Shown here piece by piece: positions 1-10,332 of a DNA stretch of 64,000 nucleotides; the stretch's first letter is position 1; every line of letters starts with the position of its first letter. This DNA is from Hydrurus foetidus. Lineage: Eukaryota. The stretch is from contig UYFQ01000001.1 in assembly GCA_900617105.1 (NCBI GenBank), forward strand, positions 3,596,001 to 3,660,000. The letters are read 5' to 3'. The notes below the pieces were generated by a model. The model saw nothing but the letters and a program-made list of their open reading frames with translations. It made no database searches and had not been told where the DNA came from. Position numbers and translations under genes: made by a program.

Positions 1-254
1 TCATTGTGATCAGCGGTTTGCCGCGACAGTCGTTTGAATCACGTGGCGGGTTTCCGGAAGACGCTTTCATGCTGCAAAAACCGATCAACTTTGACTGGTT
101 GCAGGGGTTCATGAGCGCCATGGTCGCGTCGAAACGGAAAAAACTACAGCAGATAGACCGTACCAAATTGCGTGTAATTCGCAAAGTGGTTTCTCGTACT
201 GGTGCATTACGAGGCCGTTCAGCTTCCCGGCAGGCGATTACATCATCGCAGTGA
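1..254 (+). CDS. C-terminal part of a response-regulator receiver-domain protein (5' truncated by window edge)
   Basis: Frame open to the left edge; IVISG and LQKPI segments resemble receiver beta4/beta5(KP); stop overlaps the GTG of the adjacent histidine kinase. Confidence 0.55.
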   Translation, partial: IVISGLPRQSFESRGGFPEDAFMLQKPINFDWLQGFMSAMVASKRKKLQQIDRTKLRVIRKVVSRTGALRGRSASRQAITSSQ

Positions 255-1774
255 GCAACCTGGAAGTGCTGGGCATAAAAGAGCTACTTTCGCTAGGCCC
301 GCATGGGCTGGCTGGCCCGTTGCCGCCCAAATCGTGGAACACACTGGATTTGAGCCAGGACGGCATTGTGCTGCTCAACAGCGCGGGGCACATCATGGAA
401 ATAAACGTTGAAGCGCGCAGACTCCTGAACTGTGTGGATACCGATTTGGCGGGCTGTGATTTTTGGGAAGCCGTATTGCCCGGCGTCGCAGAGCAGCATC
501 AACTTGCCACGGTTGATGCCACAGGGCGATTGGAAAAGCACTCGTTTGTAGTGCACAGCGAGTTTGAAGGCGATTGGCTGGAATACACTTTCAGGCCGTA
601 CCCGCCAGGATATGTGGTTAATCTGAGGGATGTCACGTCACTACAAAGCCTGCAACTCGTGATAGCTCAAAGCGAGCTCGCCAACCGCTTGCTGTTCAAG
701 TCAAATCCCAATGCCATGTGGGTTTTCGATATGGCCTCGCTGCAGGTTCTGGCCGTCAATCAGGCCGCCATCGACTTTTACTGCATTTCGAAAAGCAACT
801 TTTTGACCCTCAAGGCGGGGGCGCTTTTTCCGGATGGTTCAGGTGCTGCGCTGCTTAGCTCAGTGCGCAGCGCAAGCGTTGCCAGTGTGGCGCTGCAGAT
901 TTGCAGACAGGTCAAAGGTGATGGGTCGGTGGTGTTGGTTGAACTGGCCTGCGCACGCGTCACCTGGCCTGATCAACATGCGATCTTGGTCAGCCTCGCG
1001 GATGTGACAGAACGCCACCTTTCTGACCGCGCGTTGCGCCATGAAAACTTAGAGTTACAGCGAAAGCTTGCCGAACAAGGCGATGCGCTGAAGAACGCTC
1101 TTCGCGATGTGGCTGCCATGACCTATGGGTTATCTCATGATCTGCAAGTGCCGCTGCATGCAGCCAACGGGTTCGCTTCCATATTAGTGGAAAAGTATGG
1201 CGTACTGCTGGACGATGCTGGGCGTCATTACATTGACCGCATTCAAGCCAGCACACGAAAAATGTCTGAAATGGTGGACGACCTGTATACGCTGGTGGAG
1301 CTGCCGCAGTTGGCAGGCGAGCTTGAAAAAATCGACGTGAGCCACTTGTGTGTTGCCATCATGCAAGATCTGCGTGCCCGGCACCCCGACCGTGCTGTGA
1401 CAGTCGAAACGCAAACGGGAAATTACATCACTGCCAACAGACGACTGCTGGTGACAGCCATGGCTTGCCTACTTGAAAACGCATGGAAATTCACGGCTAA
1501 AAAATCTGACGGGTGGATAAAGGTGGCTGTGGTTTCTGGAGACAAGCCTGACGAGCTGGTGTTGCAGGTCTCGGATAACGGTGTGGGTTTTGATGCTGCC
1601 TACAGCGATAAACTTTTCATGGCGTTTCAACGGCTGCATTCGTCGGCTGATTTCCCCGGCAACGGCCTGGGGCTAGTCACCGTCAAGCGAATAGCCGAAA
1701 AACATGGTGGCCGGGTGTGGGCAGAATCTGCACCAGCCGGAGCCAGCTTTTTCATGGCTTTGCCGCAGGCCTAG
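251..1774 (+). CDS. PAS-domain sensor histidine kinase
   Basis: Two PAS-like regions; H-box SHDLQVPL; N-box LLENAWKF; G1 DNGVGFD; F-box FQRLH; G2 GNGLGL. Confidence 0.9.
   Translation: MSNLEVLGIKELLSLGPHGLAGPLPPKSWNTLDLSQDGIVLLNSAGHIMEINVEARRLLNCVDTDLAGCDFWEAVLPGVAEQHQLATVDATGRLEKHSFVVHSEFEGDWLEYTFRPYPPGYVVNLRDVTSLQSLQLVIAQSELANRLLFKSNPNAMWVFDMASLQVLAVNQAAIDFYCISKSNFLTLKAGALFPDGSGAALLSSVRSASVASVALQICRQVKGDGSVVLVELACARVTWPDQHAILVSLADVTERHLSDRALRHENLELQRKLAEQGDALKNALRDVAAMTYGLSHDLQVPLHAANGFASILVEKYGVLLDDAGRHYIDRIQASTRKMSEMVDDLYTLVELPQLAGELEKIDVSHLCVAIMQDLRARHPDRAVTVETQTGNYITANRRLLVTAMACLLENAWKFTAKKSDGWIKVAVVSGDKPDELVLQVSDNGVGFDAAYSDKLFMAFQRLHSSADFPGNGLGLVTVKRIAEKHGGRVWAESAPAGASFFMALPQA
268..308 (+). 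repeat. 41-bp double-dyad motif (family A), degenerate copy in the kinase N-terminus
   Basis: GCTG-ggcataaaa-GAGC-tactttc-GCTA-ggcccgcat-GGGC-tg; exact 4-9-4-7-4-9-4 spacing. Confidence 0.55.
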
Positions 1775-1784
1775 CCGGTGCGCG

Positions 1785-2903
1785 TCAGTCGCCCAGCCCG
1801 GTAAAGCGGTACACGGCGTCTAACCCAAGCTTGCGCTGCAACTTCCCCTCAAACCAAAGCAAATGCAAATGCGCCAGCGCCTCGCCCATGGCGAACGTCG
1901 TTTGGTGCAAGTCCAGTTCACGCTTGAACATGATCGGCAAAATATCTGCCGCGCTGCATGGGCTTAAGGCACATGCATCCATCACCTCTGCCAGCCGGTC
2001 ACGGTGATGGTCATGCAATTGCGTGATGCGGGTGTGCAGCCCGCGAAACGGCTTGCCATGCGATGGCAGCGTTAATGTGTCTTCAGGCAGCGGCTTGTAT
2101 TTGTCAATCGAGTCTAAAAACAGGCGCAGCGCATTGGCTTCGGGCTCCTGGTCATACACGCTGACGTTGGTAGAAATGCGCGGCAAGATCATGTCGCCGC
2201 TGATGAGCACGTTCAAAGCTTCGCAATACAGCGCAATGTGCTCCGGCGCGTGGCCGTAGCCGCTGATGCAGCGCCAATTGAAGCGACTCGCGCCCGAGCC
2301 GATGGCAACGGTTTTTCCGTCCAGCAGCCGCACATAACTTTCCGGCACGTTCGGCACCAAGTTGGGGTAGTAGCCCGCGCGTGCCCTGATTTTTGCAATC
2401 GAGTCTTCATCGGTCAAGCCATGCGCAGCAAAAAACAGCGCAGCACCGTCACCGCCAAATCCGGTGGTGGATTGCGAGCCAATGCGGGCGGTGTTGAAGT
2501 CAGTAGCACTTACCCACAGCCTGCACACATGGGTTGGCGTTGTCCATTTTTCACACAGCCAGTGCGCCAGCCCAATGTGGTCGGGGTGCATGTGCGTGCA
2601 AATTACGCGCAGTATGGGCAGGCCTTCAAGCTGCGTTGCAAAAATGGTTTCCCACTGCGCTTTGGATTCTGGCCGGCTGATGCAGCAGTCCACCACAGTC
2701 CAGCCTTGCAGTTGCGAACCGGGGCCATCCGGATTGAGCGGGTCTTCTTGTTCATCACGCAGCAGCCACAGATTAATGTGGTTCAACGCAAACGGCAGCG
2801 CCATGCGTATCCATTTAATGCCTGGCGCCACCTTAAGAGTGCTGCCCCCGTCAGGCAGGGCGTCGCCCAATGGGTAGTCGAGTTGTTGTTCAAGCAGGTT
2901 CAT
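1785..2903 (-). CDS. MBL-fold metallo-hydrolase
   Basis: THMHPDHIG (HxHxDH) motif, GHAPEH, SGD, PSHG. Confidence 0.9.
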   Translation of the reverse strand: MNLLEQQLDYPLGDALPDGGSTLKVAPGIKWIRMALPFALNHINLWLLRDEQEDPLNPDGPGSQLQGWTVVDCCISRPESKAQWETIFATQLEGLPILRVICTHMHPDHIGLAHWLCEKWTTPTHVCRLWVSATDFNTARIGSQSTTGFGGDGAALFFAAHGLTDEDSIAKIRARAGYYPNLVPNVPESYVRLLDGKTVAIGSGASRFNWRCISGYGHAPEHIALYCEALNVLISGDMILPRISTNVSVYDQEPEANALRLFLDSIDKYKPLPEDTLTLPSHGKPFRGLHTRITQLHDHHRDRLAEVMDACALSPCSAADILPIMFKRELDLHQTTFAMGEALAHLHLLWFEGKLQRKLGLDAVYRFTGLGD

Positions 2904-2928
2904 GTACTATTTGCGTTTTGAAGTGATG

Positions 2929-2948
2929 TGACGTTTACGTTAACGTCA
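2929..2948. promoter_or_regulatory. LiuR-type operator palindrome between divergent MBL hydrolase and liuR
   Basis: TGACGTTTACGTTAACGTCA near-perfect dyad; matches sites at 3444 and 18768. Confidence 0.8.
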
Positions 2949-3022
2949 GCTTAGCCCCATAGTAAGCCTGAATGTTATTTCCTGCGGCCACAAATGTCGC
3001 CAATGCACGACCACCCTTACAC

Positions 3023-3433
3023 ATGGCAATTGCAACAACAACTTACACCATCAGCGATTTAGCCAAAGAGTTTGACCTGACCACCCGCGCCATGCGTTTT
3101 TACGAAGACATGGGCCTGCTGCAGCCGCAGCGTGAAGGTGCAGGCGGGCGCAACCGCGTGTACACCGCACGCGACCGCACGCGGCTCAAACTCACGCTGC
3201 GGGCCAAGCGACTCGGGCTGTCTTTGGTTGAGGCCAAAGAAATCATCGACTCGTACGACAGCCCACGCGACACCGCCCCGCAAATGCGCAAGTTTTTGGC
3301 TGTGCTCACTGAGCACCGCACCAAGCTTGAGGCACAGCTGGTCGATTTGCAGGCCAATCTGCTTGAGATTCGCACCCATGAAAAAGAGGCTAAAACCCTG
3401 CTGGCCAAGGCAAAAAAGCCAGCTAAGTCATAA
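3023..3433 (+). CDS. liuR: MerR-family regulator LiuR
   Basis: YTISDLAKEFDLTTRAMRFYED MerR HTH; directly upstream of isovaleryl-CoA dehydrogenase; ATG at 3023 preferred over 2972. Confidence 0.85.
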   Translation: MAIATTTYTISDLAKEFDLTTRAMRFYEDMGLLQPQREGAGGRNRVYTARDRTRLKLTLRAKRLGLSLVEAKEIIDSYDSPRDTAPQMRKFLAVLTEHRTKLEAQLVDLQANLLEIRTHEKEAKTLLAKAKKPAKS

Positions 3434-3443
3434 TTGATTCGTA

Positions 3444-3467
3444 ATTGACGTTTACGTAAACGTCAAT
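3444..3467. promoter_or_regulatory. LiuR-type operator upstream of ivd
   Basis: Perfect 24-bp palindrome ATTGACGTTTACGTAAACGTCAAT. Confidence 0.85.
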
Positions 3468-3522
3468 ATATATCTTTCATCTGCTTGTTAAGCACTTTCT
3501 GAACTTTTCCGGAGCCAACGCC

Positions 3523-4704
3523 ATGACAGATTTACCCGGCCTGAATTTTCAACTCGGTGAAGACATTGATGCGCTGCGCGATGCGGTGCGCGATTTTGCG
3601 CAAAGCGAAATTGCCCCGCGCGCCGCTGAGATCGACAAAAACGACCTGTTTCCCGCCGACTTGTGGCAAAAAATGGGCGCACTCGGCTTGCTGGGCATTA
3701 CGGTGAGCGAAGAATACGGCGGCTCCGGAATGGGCTACCTCGCCCACATGATTGCGATGGAAGAAATCAGCCGCGCCAGCGCGTCGGTGGGACTCAGCTA
3801 CGGTGCGCACAGCAACCTGTGCGTCAACCAGATCAAGCGCAACGGCACAGCGGAGCAGCGGCAAAAGTACCTGCCAAAACTCATCACGGGTGAGCACGTC
3901 GGCGCACTGGCCATGAGCGAGCCCGGCGCGGGCAGCGACGTGATCAGCATGAAACTGAAAGCAGAAGACAAATGCGGCTACTACTTGCTCAACGGCACCA
4001 AAATGTGGATCACCAACGGCCCGGACGCTAACACGCTGGTGGTGTACGGCAAGACAGAACCCGAATTGGGCGCACGTGGCGTCACTGCCTTCCTGATTGA
4101 AAAAAGCATGAAAGGCTTTTCATGCGCGCAAAAGCTCGACAAGCTCGGCATGCGCGGCAGCCACACCGGTGAGCTGGTGTTTAACAACGTTGAAGTACCC
4201 GCCAGCCAAATTTTGGGCGGTTTGAACGGCGGTGCCAAAGTATTGATGAGCGGCCTCGACTACGAGCGTGCGGTGCTGGCCGCCGGGCCCATTGGCATCA
4301 TGCAGTCGGTGATGGACAACATCGTGCCCTACATCCACGACCGTAAACAGTTCGGCCAAAGCATTGGTGAATTTCAATTGATTCAAGGCAAAGTCGCCGA
4401 CATGTACACCGTGCTGCAAGCAGGCCGCGCGTTTTGCTACACGGTGGGTAAAAATCTCGACATGCTCGGCCTTGAGCATGTGCGCCAAGTACGCAAAGAC
4501 TGCGCATCAGTCATCTTGTGGTGCGCCGAAAAAGCCACCTGGATGGCAGGCGAGGGCATTCAAATATTCGGCGGCAATGGCTACATCAACGACTATCCGC
4601 TGGGCAGGTTGTGGCGTGATGCGAAGTTGTATGAGATTGGAGCGGGCACGAGCGAGATACGCCGCATGTTGATTGGGCGGGAGCTGTTTGCGGAAACGAT
4701 GTAG
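3523..4704 (+). CDS. ivd: Isovaleryl-CoA dehydrogenase
   Basis: [40 protein letters not shown]; liu context. Confidence 0.93.
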   Translation: MTDLPGLNFQLGEDIDALRDAVRDFAQSEIAPRAAEIDKNDLFPADLWQKMGALGLLGITVSEEYGGSGMGYLAHMIAMEEISRASASVGLSYGAHSNLCVNQIKRNGTAEQRQKYLPKLITGEHVGALAMSEPGAGSDVISMKLKAEDKCGYYLLNGTKMWITNGPDANTLVVYGKTEPELGARGVTAFLIEKSMKGFSCAQKLDKLGMRGSHTGELVFNNVEVPASQILGGLNGGAKVLMSGLDYERAVLAAGPIGIMQSVMDNIVPYIHDRKQFGQSIGEFQLIQGKVADMYTVLQAGRAFCYTVGKNLDMLGLEHVRQVRKDCASVILWCAEKATWMAGEGIQIFGGNGYINDYPLGRLWRDAKLYEIGAGTSEIRRMLIGRELFAETM

Positions 4705-5309
4705 TGGGATACCTGCTTCCAACACTGCAGGGCGATTTTTTCAAGCTTCGCGGAATGAAGCTTGAAGACGCACCTGCCTTGCAGCGCCATGCAGACGACA
4801 AGGGTGTTTGGTTAAATTTGTTTGACGGCTTCCCATCTCCCTATCCTCTAAGCATCGCAGAGGCTTGGTGTGGCGGCGGCTCGCGTCAACCCGCCTACGG
4901 TTATGTTTGGGGCATTGAATGCGAAGAGCAAGTCATTGGCTGCATTGCGATCAGGCAAGACGATGGATGGCTGCGGTGCAACGCTGAAGTCGGCTATTGG
5001 ATTGGCCGGCAGTTCTGGCAGCGCGGCATTACATCTGCAGCGTTGAAGTTGGTGTGCGACTGGGGTTGGGCATCCATGCCTGAGTTGACCCGAATCTATG
5101 CGCCGATATTCTTGCGCAACGTAGGCTCGCAAGCGGTGGCCAAATCCTGCGGTTTTGAGCAAGAAGGCATCCTGAGAAAGAGCGCAATCAAAGCTGGCGA
5201 AGTGATCGATCGGACACTGTGGGCCTTAGGCCGACCAGACAAGCCGCCGCGACACGGTTGGGCTGAAGCGTTTGCAGCAGACCCGGATAATGGCCAACTA
5301 GATAAATAG
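4704..5309 (+). CDS. GNAT-family (RimJ/RimL-like) N-acetyltransferase
   Basis: AEVGYWIGRQFWQRGITS, NVGSQAVAKSCGFEQEG. Confidence 0.85.
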   Translation: MGYLLPTLQGDFFKLRGMKLEDAPALQRHADDKGVWLNLFDGFPSPYPLSIAEAWCGGGSRQPAYGYVWGIECEEQVIGCIAIRQDDGWLRCNAEVGYWIGRQFWQRGITSAALKLVCDWGWASMPELTRIYAPIFLRNVGSQAVAKSCGFEQEGILRKSAIKAGEVIDRTLWALGRPDKPPRHGWAEAFAADPDNGQLDK

Positions 5310-5330
5310 TGTTTGCCAAAGCTTGATTCA

Positions 5331-6008
5331 ATGACCACCTCCATCCAAGACCTCTTCACCCACAACCGCGCATGGGCTGCCGAGATGGAAGCCACGCGCC
5401 CGGGTTTTTTCACCAGCCTGGTAAAGCAGCAAACGCCCAAGTACATGTGGATTGGCTGCTCTGACAGCCGCGTGCCCGCCAATCAGATCACTGGGCTGGA
5501 GCCGGGTGAAATTTTTGTACACCGCAACGTAGCCAACATCGTGGTGCATTCTGATTTGAATGCACTCAGCGCCATTCAGTTTGCAGTGGAGCGGCTGAAG
5601 GTGCAAGACATCATGGTGGTCGGCCACTACGGCTGCTCGGGCGTACAGGCTGCGCTGGAGGCCGCACGTATCGGGCTGGCCGACAACTGGATTCGCCACA
5701 TTCAAGACGTGCGCCACCGCCATCGGCAAATGCTAGACAGCCTGCCCGATGCAGCGCGCGCCAATGCACTGTGCGACTTGAACGTGATTGAACAAGTCGT
5801 CAATGTGTCGGTCAGCACCGTGCTGGTCGATGCGTGGGCACGCGGGCAAAAAGTGTCAGTACACGGCTGGTCGTTCGGTGTGCACGACGGGCTGCTGCAA
5901 GATTTGCAAATGAGCGTTTCTTGCCCCGAGCAAATGGATGCGCTGTACAACAAAGCCATTGACCGCGTGTGGGACCAGTGGAAGACCGCAACACCTAAGG
6001 CGGCATAA
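5331..6008 (+). CDS. can: Beta-class carbonic anhydrase
   Basis: [26 protein letters not shown] zinc-ligand motifs. Confidence 0.92.
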   Translation: MTTSIQDLFTHNRAWAAEMEATRPGFFTSLVKQQTPKYMWIGCSDSRVPANQITGLEPGEIFVHRNVANIVVHSDLNALSAIQFAVERLKVQDIMVVGHYGCSGVQAALEAARIGLADNWIRHIQDVRHRHRQMLDSLPDAARANALCDLNVIEQVVNVSVSTVLVDAWARGQKVSVHGWSFGVHDGLLQDLQMSVSCPEQMDALYNKAIDRVWDQWKTATPKAA

Positions 6009-6012
6009 AACC

Positions 6013-7824
6013 ATGTTTCCCCAACGCCTGGACTCCTCAATCGCATACGACATCGCCAAAGCGATGATGGATGGTTTTAACCGCCACTACCAGCTGTTTC
6101 GGGGCGAGTCCGCCAGCGCCAAGCAGCGTTTTGAAACGGCCGACTGGCACGGTCAGCAGCGTGCCCAGCGTGAGCGAATTGAGTTTTACGACCTGCGCGT
6201 GCGTGAGGCATCAGCCAGCCTTGAGAGTGACTTTAAAGCGGGCGAGCAAACCATGGACGTGTGGCAGCAAGTCAAGCTGCACTACATTGGCCTGCTGGTT
6301 AATCACCAGCAGCCCGAGTTGGCCGAGACGTTTTTTAACTCGGTGACGACGAAAATTTTGCACCGCAGTTATTTCCAAAACGACTTCATTTTTGTTCGGC
6401 CAGCAGTCAGCACCGAATACATTGAAAACGGCGACCCGAACGGGCAGCCCACTTACCGCTCATACTACCCGGCATTGGGCACAATGCAGGCCTCGGTGAC
6501 TGAGATCATCAACAGTTTCGATTTGCAACTCGCGTTTGAAGACCTGCCGCGCGATGCAGCGTACGTCGTTGAAGCGCTGCAAAAGCAGCTGGGCGACGCG
6601 AAACTGCGCGCCAACTTTCAAATACAAGTGCTCTCGGGTTTGTTCTACCGCAACAAGGGCGCGTATGTGGTCGGCAAAATCATCAATGGTTTTACCGAGC
6701 ACCCGTTTGCGTTGCCGCTGCTGCACAACCAAAACGGAAAGCTGGCGATTGACGCCGCGCTGTTTGGTGAAGACGACCTGTTGATTTTGTTCAGCTTTGC
6801 ACGCGCGTACTTTATGGTCGACATGGGAATACCGTCGGCCTATGTGCAGTTTTTGCGCAGCATGATGCCGCGTATGCCGCGCGCTGAAATTTACAATGCA
6901 CTCGGCTTGGCCAAGCAGGGCAAGACGCTTTTTTATCGCGACTTTTTGCATCACCTGCGCCATTCAACCGACAAGTTCCGCATCGCGCCCGGCATCAAGG
7001 GCATGGTCATGCTGGTGTTTGACTTGCCCAGTTTTCCGTATGTGTTCAAGGTGATTAAAGACTACTACCCGCCGCAAAAAGACACCACGCGTGAGCAGAT
7101 CAAAGGCAAATACCTGCTCGTCAAGCAGCACGACCGCGTGGGCCGCATGGCCGACACGCAAGAATACAGCGAGGTGGCTTTCCCGCGAGAGCGGTTTAGC
7201 GACGAGCTGATTGCCGAGATTGAGAAGTTTGCGCCCAGCCAGTTAGAAATATCTGACCGCGACGGCGACGGCCACATGGAAGTCATCATCAAGCATGTGT
7301 ACATCGAGCGCCGCATGATTCCGCTGAACATCTATTTGCAAGAGGCGTTTGATGTGGGTGTTGAAGAGCCCGCTGCACAACAGCAGATTGAGCGTGCCGT
7401 GGTCGAGTACGGCAATGCGATTAAAGATTTGGTGGCCGCCAACATCTTTCCCGGCGATATGCTGTGGAAAAACTTTGGCATCACGCGCCACGGCAAGGTC
7501 GTGTTCTACGACTACGACGAAATTGAATACATCACCGACTGCAAATTTAGAAAAGTACCTGCACCGCGCAATGAAGAAGACGAAATGAGCGGTGAGATCT
7601 GGTATTCAGTTGGGCCGAAAGACGTGTTCCCCGAAACGTTTGGCCCGTTTTTGTTGGGCAACGATGCTGTGCGTGCTGTCTTCATGAAGCACCATGCCGA
7701 GCTGCTCGAAGCCAATTTTTGGCAAATGCACAAAGAGCGTATTCAGGCCGGGCACGTTTTCGACGTGTTCCCGTACGAGCAAGACAAGCGCTTTGCAAAG
7801 CGGCACGATGTGTCGGTCGCTTGA
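6013..7824 (+). CDS. aceK: Isocitrate dehydrogenase kinase/phosphatase
   Basis: [48 protein letters not shown] at 6013. Confidence 0.95.
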   Translation: MFPQRLDSSIAYDIAKAMMDGFNRHYQLFRGESASAKQRFETADWHGQQRAQRERIEFYDLRVREASASLESDFKAGEQTMDVWQQVKLHYIGLLVNHQQPELAETFFNSVTTKILHRSYFQNDFIFVRPAVSTEYIENGDPNGQPTYRSYYPALGTMQASVTEIINSFDLQLAFEDLPRDAAYVVEALQKQLGDAKLRANFQIQVLSGLFYRNKGAYVVGKIINGFTEHPFALPLLHNQNGKLAIDAALFGEDDLLILFSFARAYFMVDMGIPSAYVQFLRSMMPRMPRAEIYNALGLAKQGKTLFYRDFLHHLRHSTDKFRIAPGIKGMVMLVFDLPSFPYVFKVIKDYYPPQKDTTREQIKGKYLLVKQHDRVGRMADTQEYSEVAFPRERFSDELIAEIEKFAPSQLEISDRDGDGHMEVIIKHVYIERRMIPLNIYLQEAFDVGVEEPAAQQQIERAVVEYGNAIKDLVAANIFPGDMLWKNFGITRHGKVVFYDYDEIEYITDCKFRKVPAPRNEEDEMSGEIWYSVGPKDVFPETFGPFLLGNDAVRAVFMKHHAELLEANFWQMHKERIQAGHVFDVFPYEQDKRFAKRHDVSVA

Positions 7825-7853
7825 CAGTCACTTAATTCAAGAAAGAAAAAATC

Positions 7854-9035
7854 ATGCTTGACGCAATTGTTATTTTGGGTGCAGCCCGCACGCCAATGGG
7901 TGCTTTTCAAGGCGACTTCGCATCACTATCTGCCCACGACTTGGGCGGCGCGGCCATCAAGGCCGCGGTTGAGCGCTCAGGCATTGCGGCCGACAAAGTT
8001 GATGAAGTGCTGTTCGGCAACTGCCTGATGGCCGGGCAGGGCCAGGCCCCGGCACGCCAAGCGGGTTTCAAAGGCGGCTTGCCCGCTAGCGCTGGTGCGG
8101 TCACGCTGTCAAAAATGTGCGGCTCGGGCATGGAGGCCACTTTGCTGGCGCATGACCAGCTGGTAGCAGGCAGCCGCGACGTGATGGTGGTGGGCGGCAT
8201 GGAAAGCATGACCAATGCGCCGCACCTGCTGCTCAAAGGCCGCAGCGGCATTCGCATCGGGCATGACCGTATTTTTGACCACATGATGCTCGACGGCCTG
8301 GAAGACGCTTACGAGCCGGGCCGCGCGATGGGCACGTTTGGCGAGCAGTGTGCTGACAAATACAAATTTACGCGTGAAGCACAAGACAAATTCGCCATCA
8401 CCAGCGTAGAACGTGCGCAAGCAGCTACTAAATCAGGATCGTTTGCTGCTGAAATCACACCCGTTACCGTCAAAACCCGGGCAGGCGAAGTCGTGGTGTC
8501 CATCGACGAAGGCCCAGGCAAAGTCAAGCTCGACAAGATTGCGGGGCTCAAGCCTGCGTTTAGAAAAGACGGCACGATTACCGCTGCATCCAGCTCATCG
8601 ATCAACGACGGTGCGGCGGCAATGGTGTTGACACGCGAATCAACGGCCAAAGAGCTGGGCGCAAAACCCATCGCCCGCATCGTCGGCCATGCCACGTTCG
8701 CGCAAGAGCCTGAGTGGTTCACCACCGCGCCCGTCGGCGCAGTCAACAAGCTGCTCAAAAAAATCGGCTGGACGGTTAAAGACGTAGACCTGTGGGAAGT
8801 GAACGAAGCCTTTGCCGTGGTGCCGATGGCCGCGATGACCGAGCTGGGCATCAGCCACGACATCGTCAACGTCAACGGCGGCGCGTGTGCTTTAGGCCAC
8901 CCAATTGGCGCCAGCGGCGCCCGCATCATCGTGACGTTAATTTATGCACTGAAAGCGCGGGGCTTGAAAAAAGGTGTTGCCACGCTGTGCATTGGTGGTG
9001 GTGAAGGTACAGCGCTGGCTATTGAATTGCTATAA
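7854..9035 (+). CDS. Acetyl-CoA C-acyltransferase (thiolase)
   Basis: KMCGSGM, NEAFA, GHPIGASG, LCIGGGEG. Confidence 0.93.
   Translation: MLDAIVILGAARTPMGAFQGDFASLSAHDLGGAAIKAAVERSGIAADKVDEVLFGNCLMAGQGQAPARQAGFKGGLPASAGAVTLSKMCGSGMEATLLAHDQLVAGSRDVMVVGGMESMTNAPHLLLKGRSGIRIGHDRIFDHMMLDGLEDAYEPGRAMGTFGEQCADKYKFTREAQDKFAITSVERAQAATKSGSFAAEITPVTVKTRAGEVVVSIDEGPGKVKLDKIAGLKPAFRKDGTITAASSSSINDGAAAMVLTRESTAKELGAKPIARIVGHATFAQEPEWFTTAPVGAVNKLLKKIGWTVKDVDLWEVNEAFAVVPMAAMTELGISHDIVNVNGGACALGHPIGASGARIIVTLIYALKARGLKKGVATLCIGGGEGTALAIELL
8400..8440 (-). repeat. Family A motif, degenerate copy inside thiolase CDS
   Basis: Plus strand acca-gcgtagaac-GTGC-GCAAGCA-GCTA-ctaaatcag-GATC; encodes VERAQAATKSGS with locally AT-rich codons. 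Confidence 0.55.
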
Positions 9036-9069
9036 GTAAAATAGCTGTTTGCGCCCGTATTTATAAGGC
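9029..9069 (+). repeat. Family A motif overlapping the thiolase stop codon
   Basis: GCTA-taagtaaaa-TAGC-tgtttgc-GCCC-gtatttata-AGGC. Confidence 0.85.
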
Positions 9070-9080
9070 TAGGAGCCATT

Positions 9081-10208
9081 TTGATACTTAATTCAGACCA
9101 AAAACAAGTCCGCGACGCTGTGCGCGACTTCGCTACCCAAGAGCTGTTGCCGCATGCCGCCGCGTGGGACAAGGCGCACACCTTTCCAGTGCAAGCGCAC
9201 AAGGGCCTGGCGGCACTTGGTGCGTACGGCATTTGCGTGCCTGACGACTTGGGCGGTGCGGGGCTTGACTATTTAACGCTCGCCGTGGTGATTGAAGAAA
9301 TCGCCGCAGGCGACGGCGGCACCAGCACGGCGATTAGCGTCACCAACTGCCCAGTTAACGCCATCCTCATGCGCTACGGCAGCGCGCTGCAGCAAAAACA
9401 GTGGCTCACACCGCTCGCGCAGGGCCACATGCTCGGCGCGTTTTGCTTGACCGAGCCACATGCGGGCAGCGATGCGTCGTCACTCAAAACCACCGCTGTT
9501 AAAGATACCGATGGCTATGTGATCAACGGCGTCAAGCAGTTCATTACCAGCGGCAAGAACGGCCATGTCGCCATCGTCATCGCCGTGACCGATAAAGCTG
9601 CGGGCAAAAAAGGCATGAGCGCTTTCATCGTGCCCACCAGCGCCCCCGGCTACAGCGCCGCGCGGCTGGAAGACAAGCTTGGCCAACATTCAAGCGACAC
9701 CGCACAAGTCAACTTTGACGATTGCCGCATCCCCTTTGAGAACCTGATCGGCAACGAAGGCGAAGGCTACAAGATTGCATTGAGCGCGCTTGAAGGCGGG
9801 CGCATCGGTATTGCGGCCCAAAGCATTGGTATGGCGCGCAGCGCGTTTGACTACGCTCTGACCTACGCCAAAGACCGCACCGCGTTCGGCAGCGCCATCA
9901 TCAACCACCAGGCGGTGGGCTTCAGGCTGGCTGATTGCGCGACACAAATCGAAGCGGCGCGGCAACTGACCTGGCACGCCGCCGCGTTGCGCGATGCAGG
10001 CCTGCCGTGCCTGAAAGAAGCCGCCATGGCCAAATTGTTCGCCAGCGAAATGGCTGAAAGCGTCTGCAGTGCAGCCCTGCAAACGCTGGGCGGCTATGGT
10101 TATGTGAGCGACTTCCCCATCGAGCGAATTTACCGCGATGTGCGTGTGTGCCAGATTTATGAGGGCACGTCTGATGTGCAGAAGATCATCATCCAACGCG
10201 GTTTGTAG
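9081..10208 (+). CDS. Acyl-CoA dehydrogenase
   Basis: GAFCLTEPHAGSD, NGVKQFIT, GGRIGIAAQ, QIYEGTSDVQ. Confidence 0.92.
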   Translation: MILNSDQKQVRDAVRDFATQELLPHAAAWDKAHTFPVQAHKGLAALGAYGICVPDDLGGAGLDYLTLAVVIEEIAAGDGGTSTAISVTNCPVNAILMRYGSALQQKQWLTPLAQGHMLGAFCLTEPHAGSDASSLKTTAVKDTDGYVINGVKQFITSGKNGHVAIVIAVTDKAAGKKGMSAFIVPTSAPGYSAARLEDKLGQHSSDTAQVNFDDCRIPFENLIGNEGEGYKIALSALEGGRIGIAAQSIGMARSAFDYALTYAKDRTAFGSAIINHQAVGFRLADCATQIEAARQLTWHAAALRDAGLPCLKEAAMAKLFASEMAESVCSAALQTLGGYGYVSDFPIERIYRDVRVCQIYEGTSDVQKIIIQRGL

Positions 10209-10298
10209 GCCCCCACGGTCGCGCACAACGCGCTAGCTTCCTGCCCCTCAGGGGCCGCTGCGCCTGCGGCCTGGCAAAGCCACTTCCGCGGCCCCTGC
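10209..10298 (+). repeat. GC-rich palindromic repeat (family C), intergenic
   Basis: gcccccacg...ctgcccctcaggggcc resembles the reverse complement of 31158-31226. Confidence 0.5.
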
Positions 10299-10332
10299 TT
10301 GGTAAACCCCCAGCAATTTTTCTCAAACGGTC

